A stretch of DNA of 64,000 nt from Azolla caroliniana (Eukaryota; Plantae; Polypodiophyta). The notes under the pieces were generated by a model. That model worked only from the letters and a program-made list of their open reading frames with translations. It made no database searches and was not told the DNA's origin. Below are positions 35,381-46,017 of this stretch, piece by piece (the stretch's first letter is position 1; every line of letters starts with the position of its first letter). Location of the stretch: positions 8,804,001-8,868,000 of the forward strand of contig JBHGNT010000021.1 in assembly GCA_043228905.1 (NCBI GenBank). The letters run 5' to 3'. A program made the position numbers and the translations under genes.

Positions 35381-37180
35381 CATGTCTTCGACCTGGATCT
35401 CCTTCCTGTCGACTCACCCAATCGACTCTCATAGTCGACTTTCTTGCAGTTGTCTTCTTCAACCATCGGCACTCGGCCCGAATAGTTGGCTCCTTGTCTT
35501 CGACTGTCGGTCCTTGTTGGCCCAAACAATCAGCTCTTCCCACTAGAGGGACATATTCCTAACAATAATTATTGTTCTTAACCATTTCCAATACACGGTT
35601 GATAACTTGATCAATAGTGTTGGTCTGGAAACCCAACATTGCTAGCATTGTCCGGAGAGCCTCCCGAAGCGCAGCCAAAAATACAGCTTTCGCCTCATCC
35701 TCTAGGGGTGCTCTGGTTAGTTGGCTATGCAGTGTTTGGAAGTGAATGATGAACTATGGAACCATCTCGTTAGGTTCCTGATAGGTCGTGCAAAATTGTT
35801 CAACCAGCTCATGCTGTTCCACCTGTCGGTGAAACAGTCGCAAATTTTTTTCCTTCAAGGCATCGAACGTAGAAAATCTACCGGGATGATGCTTTGCATG
35901 CCACCTCGTTGCTAGTCCTTCCAAGGTCATTCCGAAATCTATGATTTTTGAACGCTCGGCCTCAGCTTCTGTCAATCATTGTGAGACATGGTTTGCTTCC
36001 CATGTCTGTAAGAAGGCATAAACATGTGCCTCTCCATCTGGGTTGTCCCGGTATTTCGGGTATTGGTAAGACATGGTGTCGTCGTCTAAAGGTTGTTCTA
36101 GGGGTGGTGTCGGTACCCGATTGTCCTTTTTCTCCGATTGTCGATCCAGTGGTGGCGTTAGTGCATGCTTGTTCTTCTCTTCAGATGGTTGGTCCGGTGG
36201 TGGTGTTGGTACTTGATTGTCCGTCCTCTCGGTTTGTTCGTCCAGATTCCTCTCGTATTCCGACGGTATTGGTAACGTTGTTTCCGATTCTGGTGTCGGT
36301 GTGTGCTCCGAACCATGGTCCTCTGGTTCGTTTGGAGTGTCGTGACTACTTCGGTAGTTTGAAAGGACATTGTGTTCGCCGTCTAACTCTGTCTCAAATG
36401 CGGAAAATGCTTCCAAGTCCCCGACGCATGTGGCTAGGGTTTGCAGTATCAATTCCTTGTCGCGCAAACTGCTCAAACTACTGCCTTCGTTTGAATGTCA
36501 TTGGTTTTGCAACCAGACTATATCCTCCATGACCTACCAAATCTATCTTGGAAAAGACCGATCCTGTCGGATCTCCTCGGCCACTTGTTGGTAGGCCACC
36601 CGCCTCTACAGTCTCTCCATTAGTCTTCTCGCTCATTCGGTGATTGGGTCGTTTGTCGGTCTAGTCATCCATTCCCCGTCATTCGCTACACCTTGCACGA
36701 ATCATGGTGGCCAAAACTGTGTTTATCTTGGGCTAGACAAGCCATAAACATAGGATGTCCTTCTGGAACACTTCACCAAAGAGGTGGTTACGGGAATGAT
36801 GTTATCCGACACCGATCCGATTCTAATTCGACTAATTCCGGATAAGTTCCGGATTGGGGTAATGAGCAACCATTTAATTAGAACATGCATAAGATAGGGA
36901 ATGAAAGCATAGAATGGCAAGTAAACAAGGAATACAATGCTCTTAAATCGAAACTCCAACTTGTATTACTTCTGCCCCCCGATTACATTGATTCCCGGAT
37001 CCTTTTATAGGCCTCCGGTTGAGAATACAAAACAGTGCCTTACCGGCTACCAGATCCGGATCAGTACAACTATTTTGGATCCGCCCGCTCCTATAATATT
37101 TCTAACTAATTATTTCTATAATATTCAACTCCGACTCGTCCCTTTCCACATTTTTCCTCCAGAACATACTCTAGCCAACA
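35381..37180 (-). mobile_element. Gypsy family G copy 1: 5' LTR 36720-37180 and degenerate gag
   Basis: LTR and PBS region similar to 44449-44935; gag YPKYRDNPDGEAHVYAFLQTWEANH and LEGLATRW. Confidence 0.8.
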
Positions 37181-38022
37181 ATCGTCACCCTCTCTTGGAT
37201 CATTCGGTTGATCCGTTCGTCCACTTCATTATGCATGGGTGTGTAGGGAATGGTTTTTTGATGTCTGATCCCCTTGTCGGACATGTACTGTTTGGAGGCT
37301 CGAGAGATGTATTCACCTCCATTGTCAGATCAAAATTTCTTCACTATGTTTCCTGATCGGTTCTCCACTTTAGCTGTCCACCAAGTGAAGACCTCGAACG
37401 CTTCGTCTTTCGACCTAATCGAATAGGCCTATACCTTCTTTGTACAATCATCTACAAATGTGATGAAGTACCGGGAGCCACCTAGTGATCACTCAAGCAT
37501 AGGCCCACATATATCCGTGTGCACGAGCTCTAGGGGCTGTCTTACTATCTCATAATGGAACGAGTGCAGACTTCGGGTCTGTTTCCCGTATTGACAATGC
37601 TTGTAGAAGTCCGACTTCGCCAGGAGTTTCGGAATGTAGTCGACCACCATTAGACAGTCCAGTCCAGCTTGTAACATATGGCCGAGTTGGCCATGCCATA
37701 AGTTTGGGTCTGTCATTTCGGCTACGTTCACGGCTCCTTCTGGATTGGTCGCCATTATCGGATACAAGTTGTTGTACTTATGTCTGCTTCCGATCTTCAG
37801 ATTTCCTTGGCTGATCATCCATGTTGACTCATTGAGAGTTGTTCGGTACCCATCTTCGGATAACATGTCAATGGAGACCAGACTCCTTTTTAGTGCTGGT
37901 ACGTGTCGAACTTGGTGTAGGGTGATTTTGTTGTCATTCGCAATCGAATGGGAACCTCTCTGATCCCTACAATTATACACTCCTACCCGTTGCCGAGTCG
38001 AACGGTGCCGCTGGTGTCAGTT
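37181..38022 (-). pseudogene. pol: Copia PR-INT fragment (element H)
   Basis: VRHVPALKRSLVS, LWHGQLGH, ELVHTDICGPM, SDNGGEY. Confidence 0.85.
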
Positions 38023-38344
38023 GAATAGTAGAAGTGGGGCAGGACCACGGGGGTCTTGAACCAAGGAATCGAGCAAAAGGGGAGGAATATCCCTCACGTT
38101 ACACATAGAATAGAGAGGGACAAGAATGAGACGGTCGTAGGTCACCATTACAGTGCGATATGACGGAATTGCAACACAAGACAATAGAATAGATTAATGG
38201 TATTAGTTAGAACGTGCGCGTGATGCGCAAGGAGTACAACCGTTCTGAGCCGGGAATAGAGCTTCCAGCTCCACAGTACACACGCAAAGTGATGATCCTT
38301 TGGTTGGCAGCACGCGGGCTTCTGACGCGAGCAGAGGATGCACC

Positions 38345-38428
38345 TGTTGGAAGCGAGGTCGTCAATGCGGAAGATCTTGAAGCATTCAGTTCTGTTCTTC
38401 TCCTGCGTATGACAGAATGTAGGTCGTT

Positions 38429-38467
<39 letters not shown>

Positions 38468-41400
38468 AAAGAACTTTCTATTTCCCAAAGCAATAATACA
38501 ACAGCCAACCTTACAAAAAGGTTACAAGGTCAATATATATAGTGACCGACTTAGGGCAACTACCCTTTATGCTAATTACATAAATGGCCAAGACGAGATA
38601 GTGTGAATACGTCCATTATACACATGTATTCGACACTCCCCCGTAATGGGCGTATACATGGGTTATCTGAGATTACAGGTATAGACTTAGGTTCTCGGAC
38701 ATATCAGCTTTGTTCGAGTCGGCAGGGCCCGAAGGCAGAAGACCGAACTGGTCGGGTCGGAACAGTTGAAGCCGATCATTAAGGAACTGATGTCGGTTGT
38801 CGGGAACCATCCTGCTCTGTGTCCGGCTCTAACCGGACTGGTTTGCCGTTACGCCCATCTGATGCCGAAGAGACCGAAAACGGTCTGCCGAAAGACACTT
38901 GGTCATTCCATCTGCGACATTGTCGGTTGTGGATATTTTCTCTAGACCGATTTTCCCTGAAATGACGCAGTCCCGAACGAAGTGATATCGAACGTCGATA
39001 TGTTTGGAGGCGTTGTGGTGAACCGGATTTTTTGACAAGGCAACAGCACCTTGACTGTCGCTGTAGACAACTGGAGCCGAGTCATGGTCGACTTGTCGAA
39101 ACGTGTGCGCCAGCCGACCGAGCCACAAAGCTTCTTTTGCTGCGTCGGACGCAGCTACATATTTTGCTTCGGTCGTTGAGGTCGCTGTGCACTCCTGAAG
39201 TTTCGACTTCCACGAGATTGCTCCATTGCCGAATTTGAAGCAGTATCCGGTTGTTGATTTCCGACTGTCTATACAGCCGGCGAAGTCCGAGTCGGTGTAA
39301 CCGACTACGCCTGAGGTTCGGTTCGGTCCGAAAAGAATGCCATGGTCTTTTGTGCCAGCCAGATATCTGAACACATGCTTGACTGCGTTCCAATGCGATC
39401 GGCCAGGATTGTGCATAAATCTGCTAACGACTCCTACGGCATGAGAGATATCAGGCCGTGTCGCGACCATCAGGTACATAAGGGAGCCGACTGCCGGTGC
39501 ATACGGTACCGACTTCATATCTTCCCCCTCCGGACCGGATGTCGGGCAGTCTCGCTGAGAGAGCCGAAGATTCATAGGGAGCGGGGTTGAAGCAGATTTG
39601 GCTGATTTCATGTTGAAGCGTTCCAAGACACGTCCGATATAGTCGGTCTGAGACAAAAAAAGGTGTCGTTTGTCGCGATGCCGACTGATCTTCATGCCGA
39701 GTATGTGTCGTGCCGGACCGAGATCCTTCATGGCAAACTTCAACCGCAGTTGCCGAATGAGATCGGCAAGTTCGCCCGCGTGGCGTCCAGAAATTAGCAT
39801 GTCGTCCACGTAAATGATGAGGAAGATGGGTGATCCATCTTGAGCTGTGTTGGTGAAGAGACAATGGTCCTCATCGCTTTTTGAGAAGCCGATCGATGTG
39901 ATGAAGTCGTCGAACTTCTTGTACCATTGTCGCGGTGCCTGTTTGAGGCCGTATAGACTCTTCCTGAGTCGGCAGACTAGATGTTCTTGGCCAGTCGCCA
40001 CGAAGCCTTTTGGCTGCTCCATATAAATTTCCTCGTCTAGATCACCATGGAGGAATGCTGTTTTGACATCTAGCTGAATCAGCTCCAAGTTGTCGGCTGC
40101 CACTACGCCGAGTAGGAAACGAAGGGTTGTCATTTTCACCACTGGTGAAAAAATCTCGTCGAAGTCGACGCCGTATTCTTGTCGGAAGCCCTTCGCAACT
40201 AGTCTGGCCTTGTACTTTGGGGTGGTCGAATCAGACGTCTCTTTTAGTCGATAAACCCACTTGCAAGGAAGAGCACGTCGGTTCCTAGGTAATTCGACCA
40301 GATCCCAAGTCTTGTTTGCCCGAATGGAGTGCATTTCCGACTCCATCGCCAGATGCCAGGTGGCTGAATCGACGGATGTCGATGCTTCTTCGTAAGACGT
40401 CGGTTCGCCGGCGTCGGTGAAGAAAATTCCAGGAGAATACCTCTCCGGAGGTTGCGACAGTCTCTCGGATCGTCGAGGCATGATTGGACTGGTCGCATCG
40501 GGTATCGTGGTCGGATGGTCCGAAAGCGGATTGTTCTGCTGTGCCGAGTCGGAGTTGTCCGAGTCGGTAGTGTAAGGTTCAGCTACCCGTGAAGCTGACC
40601 GTGTGTTGAGAGCGGGGCCTTCTTGAAGGGTCGGCACATCGGAAAAGGTTACCCTTCGGACTTCGATCGGTTTTTCGACTGATGGATTCATGGCCGACTC
40701 GTTGAACACAACGTCCGAACTTCGAACGATTTGTCTGCGTTCGGGGTCCCAGAGTCGGTATCCCATTTCGCCGTTGGATCCATATCCAAGGAAAATGCAT
40801 TTCCTGGACCGAGGTGCAAGTTTTCGGCGATCATCTTTCGGAATAAGGGTGTACGCCTCGCATCCGAAGATCCTCAGCTTGTCGTAATTCGGCTTACTGC
40901 CGATCCATAGTTCCTGAGGAATTTGAAGTCCTAGAGGTCTACTTGGCGACATATTGATTATGTGTACTGCCGTGAGTAGAGCCTCTGCCCAGAAGCCATC
41001 CGACAGTCCGGAGTGTTGGAGCATGGAAACTGTCCGTTCTTGGATTGTCCGATTCATGCGTTCGGCAATCCCGTTTTGCTCCGGACTGTGTGGTGCCGTA
41101 AATTCTCGTCGGATGCCGCGTTGTCGGCAGAATTTGACGAATTCTTCAGATTTAAACTCTCCCCCATTGTCTGTCCGAAGGCATTTCAGCTTTCGGTCGG
41201 TTTGATTTTCTACCATAGCGAGCCAATCGGTGAAGATCGAGAAGACCCGATCTTTGGTGCGAATTGGATAAGCCCACACCTTTCGAGTCGAATCGTCAAT
41301 AAAAGTGACGAAGTAAGAGGCACCACCGAGAGACTGATGCGGCATTGGGCCACAGACGTCCGAGTGGACCAAATCGAGAGGTCTCGATTCTCTTGGTGCT

Positions 41401-43601
41401 GATGTCGGGTGTGATGTGGCTGCTTGTTTGCCATACTGGCAATGCTCGCAGAATTGATGGTCGGCGAAGGAGAGTTTGGGGATGTATCCGGCTCTAGATA
41501 GGTGCGTGATGCCGGCCTTGCTGAGGTGTCCTAATCTTCGGTGCCATAGTGATGACACAGGAATATCCACCAAAAACAGGTTACCCTCTCTGAGCGTAAC
41601 ATGTAACGGATACAGGGAGTGTATCTTGGGTCCTCTAGCAAGCAGGAGGTTCCCCCTGTGGAGTGTCCACCCTCCCGAAGAAAAACCGGCACGAATGCCG
41701 TCTTCATCTAGTTGTCCGACTGAGATCAATGGCCGTGAGAGCTCGGGTACATGTCGGACATTGTGGAGTACAAGTGTAGAGCCACCTGCAAGGTTGAGCT
41801 CTACTGTGCCGATTCCGATGATGTCACAGTGTTGCGAGTTACCGACCCGAACTGAGTCGGAGTGACGGATCGTGTATTGCCGAAATTGGGATCGATGAGG
41901 AGTCACGTGAAACGACGCGCCCGAATCCAAGAGCCATGTGCTCGATTCTTCAGTCGTGAGCAGAACTTCTGAGCCAACTGGATTTTCGATTGATAGTATG
42001 TTCGGGTCGTCTGGTAGCACATCAGCTGAGAAGCTGACGTAATTGATCTCCTCATGCCGGCCACTCTTCTTGTTGTTCTTGTTCTTGAGTGCGCGGCAGT
42101 CGGCTTTGATGTGTCCGGGTTTCTTGCAGTAGTTGCAGATTCGGTTATCCCGTGACTGGCTCCGTCTTCGCTGATTGTTCGGCGGCCGTGAGGAATCTCT
42201 TCCTCGTATGTTCGATCGGTCTGTCGAACCTTGTACTACGTAAGCGTCGTCTGTTGAGTCTTTGGCGAAAGACTTTCTCCGAGCTGCTTCGGTCAGGATT
42301 GCGCTCGTGACTTCGGAGTATTTAACAGCCGTGGTTGACGCGTTGCACACGGTTGTGACGAAAGTTTCCCATGATGAGGGAAGGCTGCTCATGAGTATCA
42401 TTGCTCTGAGTTCATCCTCGATTGCCGTCCCCTGTGACGAGATTTGGGAGCTTATGCTTTCGTACTCATTGAGGTGTGCTTGAACCGAGTCGGATTCTTT
42501 CATCCGCAAGTTGTAGAGGCGCCGGATCAGAAACATCTTTGTTGCGGCGACCTTCTTTTCGTAAGTGTCCGACAGTGTTTTCCACAGTTCAAATGCTGTC
42601 GTACACGATTGCACCGTAAAGTATACCGATTCCGATAGGTGCATCCGAATCGTGGCGCGGACGATTCTGTCCAGCTTCTGCCACTCAATTGGTTTGTATC
42701 CTTCTGGAGGTTCTTCATTTTCGATGGGATCGATTTGCCCCTTGACTATGAGATAGTCTTGCATTTGTTCCTTCCAGAAGTTGAAGTTCGATCCATCGAA
42801 CTTTCGTAGACTCATTTCTGACGAGCCGGATGTTGATGCCATCAAATTCGGTTTTGGTTAACGAAGCTCGGTTCGGAGTTGACTACGGACCTTGTTGGAG
42901 TGCAGCCGGTTGGCTCACCCGATATTGTTCTAGTCGGGTTTGAACCCGAGTCGGTTCGGCTTCGGAACTTGCTCGAATTGACTTCGGTAGCTTGAGGGAC
43001 AGAGCCGACTGGTCTTCCCGAATGTTGCCGAGTCGGAGTGAGCCCGGTTCGCTTCGGATATATATGCCGAATACCGATTATTAAAACCGATTATCTGGAC
43101 CGATTCTGCTTCGGGTGACTGCAGCAACGAGAGAGATGGATCTAACTGATCCTCTCGAATGTCGATCAGCCTGATGAAGCACGAATTTGGGGTTGTTGTC
43201 TTGAGACCGATCTGCACCGAGTGGTTACAGCGAGCGGCGTTTGATGACCTCTTCGGATGCCGTTTAACCGAATGGAGCACGAATCGTGTCAATGTTGCAC
43301 GAGGGGATTTCACCTCGAGCGGTTACAATCACAAGGAACGGAGTACAGCCTGCTGGCTTACTCCAAACAAAGATGATCTAACGCGATGAGATGCAAACCT
43401 GGTTTTTTTTTTTTTCTTCTTCCTCTCTCTTCTTCGAATGACGCAGGAAACCGAATGCTGAGACGACGGCCGACAGCGGATTGAGGGACCGACTACTGTG
43501 CAGGCTCTGATACCAGATGTTGGAAGCGAGGTCGTCAATGCGGAAGATCTTGAAGCATTCAGTTCTGTTCTTCTCCTGCGTATGACAGAATGTAGGTCGT
43601 T

Positions 43602-43640
<39 letters not shown>

Positions 43641-43808
43641 AAAGAACTTTCTATTTCCCAAAGCAATAATACAACAGCCAACCTTACAAAAAGGTTACAA
43701 GGTCAATATATATAGTGACCGACTTAGGGCAACTACCCTTTATGCTAATTACATAAATGGCCAAGACGAGATAGTGTGAATACGTCCATTATACACATGT
43801 ATTCGACA
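38345..43808 (-). mobile_element. Intact Copia element F; 291-bp LTRs 38345-38635 and 43518-43808; TSD gcacc
   Basis: LTRs appear identical; PBS (reverse complement) 43504-15; PPT 38636-43. Confidence 0.98.
38829..42842 (-). CDS. gag-pol: Copia gag-PR-INT-RT-RH polyprotein (1337 aa)
   Basis: CNYCKKPGHIKADC, LLDSGAS, TDNGGEF, YVDDML, YTDSD; no stops. Confidence 0.97.
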   Translation of the reverse strand: MASTSGSSEMSLRKFDGSNFNFWKEQMQDYLIVKGQIDPIENEEPPEGYKPIEWQKLDRIVRATIRMHLSESVYFTVQSCTTAFELWKTLSDTYEKKVAATKMFLIRRLYNLRMKESDSVQAHLNEYESISSQISSQGTAIEDELRAMILMSSLPSSWETFVTTVCNASTTAVKYSEVTSAILTEAARRKSFAKDSTDDAYVVQGSTDRSNIRGRDSSRPPNNQRRRSQSRDNRICNYCKKPGHIKADCRALKNKNNKKSGRHEEINYVSFSADVLPDDPNILSIENPVGSEVLLTTEESSTWLLDSGASFHVTPHRSQFRQYTIRHSDSVRVGNSQHCDIIGIGTVELNLAGGSTLVLHNVRHVPELSRPLISVGQLDEDGIRAGFSSGGWTLHRGNLLLARGPKIHSLYPLHVTLREGNLFLVDIPVSSLWHRRLGHLSKAGITHLSRAGYIPKLSFADHQFCEHCQYGKQAATSHPTSAPRESRPLDLVHSDVCGPMPHQSLGGASYFVTFIDDSTRKVWAYPIRTKDRVFSIFTDWLAMVENQTDRKLKCLRTDNGGEFKSEEFVKFCRQRGIRREFTAPHSPEQNGIAERMNRTIQERTVSMLQHSGLSDGFWAEALLTAVHIINMSPSRPLGLQIPQELWIGSKPNYDKLRIFGCEAYTLIPKDDRRKLAPRSRKCIFLGYGSNGEMGYRLWDPERRQIVRSSDVVFNESAMNPSVEKPIEVRRVTFSDVPTLQEGPALNTRSASRVAEPYTTDSDNSDSAQQNNPLSDHPTTIPDATSPIMPRRSERLSQPPERYSPGIFFTDAGEPTSYEEASTSVDSATWHLAMESEMHSIRANKTWDLVELPRNRRALPCKWVYRLKETSDSTTPKYKARLVAKGFRQEYGVDFDEIFSPVVKMTTLRFLLGVVAADNLELIQLDVKTAFLHGDLDEEIYMEQPKGFVATGQEHLVCRLRKSLYGLKQAPRQWYKKFDDFITSIGFSKSDEDHCLFTNTAQDGSPIFLIIYVDDMLISGRHAGELADLIRQLRLKFAMKDLGPARHILGMKISRHRDKRHLFLSQTDYIGRVLERFNMKSAKSASTPLPMNLRLSQRDCPTSGPEGEDMKSVPYAPAVGSLMYLMVATRPDISHAVGVVSRFMHNPGRSHWNAVKHVFRYLAGTKDHGILFGPNRTSGVVGYTDSDFAGCIDSRKSTTGYCFKFGNGAISWKSKLQECTATSTTEAKYVAASDAAKEALWLGRLAHTFRQVDHDSAPVVYSDSQGAVALSKNPVHHNASKHIDVRYHFVRDCVISGKIGLEKISTTDNVADGMTKCLSADRFRSLRHQMGVTANQSG

Positions 43809-44240
43809 GCACCTTCCGGAGTTCGGTCGTCTGTCATAATCAGAGAGGAGAGAGAGAGAGAGCTTCGGTACTCTGATCAGCAACGTTCCTCCTCCTAATA
43901 CCTGGATTCCTAAAACAGTCTGGAGCCGCCCCTTTTATAGCGTAAGGGACGACCGTTACATTAGGTCTAATGACCGTTCGTTATCCCCCCCTCGTATTCC
44001 CTTCTTGATTTTACCCCCATTATTCTCCTCCACATGCGTGACATTAAAGCACCTATTAAAGCCTAACTTCCTAATAATCACCAAAATCCTACCATTACTT
44101 AGTATTTACATATGCTGGTACAAAACGGGGTGCACTTGTGCACACCCGCGTTCACATGCATTTGGCTATGTTTCCCCTTATGGCCTAAAATCTTCACGAC
44201 ATCCACCCGCACCAAACCGCACATCCTCCGGTATGTGCCA

Positions 44241-44448
44241 GGTAATGAGTTTAGTGGAGGATTTTTGGGCCAGCCTTTACTTGTTCTCCTCGTCCGAGAC
44301 GTCGCCTTCGGTCCCCACCACCGGGTCCGGTTCGCTTCGTGCACCTTTTTGAAGGCCTTTATCCACTTCCCTGCTACCGGTTCGGGTCCCGTCGAGCTCC
44401 ACGAGGTGGTATGTCACATTGCCGTTTGCACTCGTCACTACGTATGGC
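44241..44448 (-). pseudogene. pol: Gypsy E integrase C-terminal remnant
   Basis: SANGNVTYHLVELDG, similar to SVNDNGTYHLAELDG in element I. Confidence 0.7.
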
Positions 44449-46017
44449 TGTTAGCCGGTCGGCATGAGAATTCCAGAATGGGAAAAGGGGGATAATTAAT
44501 AACCGAGAGCTGATTATATATATAACATAGAATTATTATGATTTTGAGAAGCAAACGGACGAACCCGGAATCGGTATGCCGATCCGGATCCGGACTGGTT
44601 CGTAGCCGGTTGCCGGTTGGCACCGGTATATACCTAGAGCCGGAGACATATAAAAGGGCCCGGTTAGATTGTAATCATTAGCGGATAATTAATAGAGTGT
44701 TGTTGCTCTGTATCTTAATCATTGTTAATTACCGTTCTGTGCTAAAGTGTAATTCATCTTACGCGTGTATTGTGACTAATGATCTTGTCTATTAGTAACT
44801 AATTAGGGTTCATTAAGAGTCAGTCTAAGTTTATCTCACCGCAACACCCCTTTGGTGAAGTGTCTCAAAGGGACACCTTGTGTTAGGCCATTGTCCGGCC
44901 CTAGCGATAACATAGTTTTTGGCGACCACGATTCCTGCACAAACGCAACAAACAACGGCGAGCATGGATGACTAGACCAACAAACGACCCGATTACGGAG
45001 CGCGCAAGAAGACTTGCCGAACGATTGCGAAAGCGAGAGGCTTTCTAGCAAGCGGCAGAAGAGATCCGTGTGGATCGGTCATTTTCCAAAGTAATCCGGC
45101 GAGTGGCCGCGGAGTCACTCCGTGGGTAGCATAATTCCCAACTGGACGAAGGAAGCAGCTTGAGCAGTCTCCGGGACGCGGAATCCATTCTACAGGCACT
45201 AGCGACAGGGGGAGGCGATTCGGAACCGTTCTTGGCCTTCGAATCGGATTTGGACGACAAATGCAGCACCCATTCGAATTACTGTAGCAGCCACGACACC
45301 CCAGATGGACCGGAGGACGAGCAATCAGATACCTTGCCGACACCAGAACCAAAGTTAACGGCACTGGAAACCCCAGACTGGTAAGTGGCGGATCAACTTC
45401 CGACACCACCACGTGAGACACCGGAAGAAGAGGAGGAAAGAACTCTGACATCGAAGGAAGAGGAGGGGAGACCTCCGACACCGGACGACGACATGCCATT
45501 CCGATATCCCAAGTACCGGGATGACCCGGACGTAGAAGCTCATATCTATGCATTTCTGCAACACCGCCACGTGAGACACTGAAAGAAGAGGAGGAAAGAC
45601 CTCCGACACCGAAAGAAGAGGGTCAACCAACAGAACAGGCAAGGATGCCTCACCAGCCGGTGCTACCCTTAGAGCCATTTCAGAAATGGGGATTGGATTT
45701 CGTTGGGCCGTTTAAACCTCTGGCAATGAGAACCGGCAACAGATATGTTATAGTCGCCACATATTATTGCACCAAGTGGGTGAAGAAGGCAAATGAGCGG
45801 AATGTGGCTGAGCTTGAACAACAAAAGGAGAAACCGGAAGAGGCCACCGACATGATTCAGCCGGAAGACCCAACATGGCAAGTGTTACAAGAATGTCAAA
45901 TTACGCTGCCATTGGGTTGGTTTTTATAGCTAGTACCCTGGTTTACGGAAGGGCTGAAATCAGGAATGACCACATCAAATCCGTTGTTGGCTCCTGCATT
46001 TTTCCCAAATCCGGAAG
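44449..46017 (+). mobile_element. Gypsy family G copy 2: LTR 44449-44912, PBS-like tggcgaccac, scrambled gag and INT fragments
   Basis: [19 protein letters not shown]; [15 protein letters not shown]. Confidence 0.78.

Larger units (their letters stand above)
38028..44201 (-). repeat. 3' LTR of Gypsy E (38028-38344 plus 43809-44201), split by Copia F
   Basis: U5 motif (reverse complement) near 38036; terminus cttcacgaca at 44201 next to the PPT motif. Confidence 0.8.

Noticed and set aside
33427-44158. About 300-bp inverted repeats as DNA transposon TIRs
   Set aside because: Both are pieces of the Gypsy E LTR in opposite orientation; there is no transposase or TSD.
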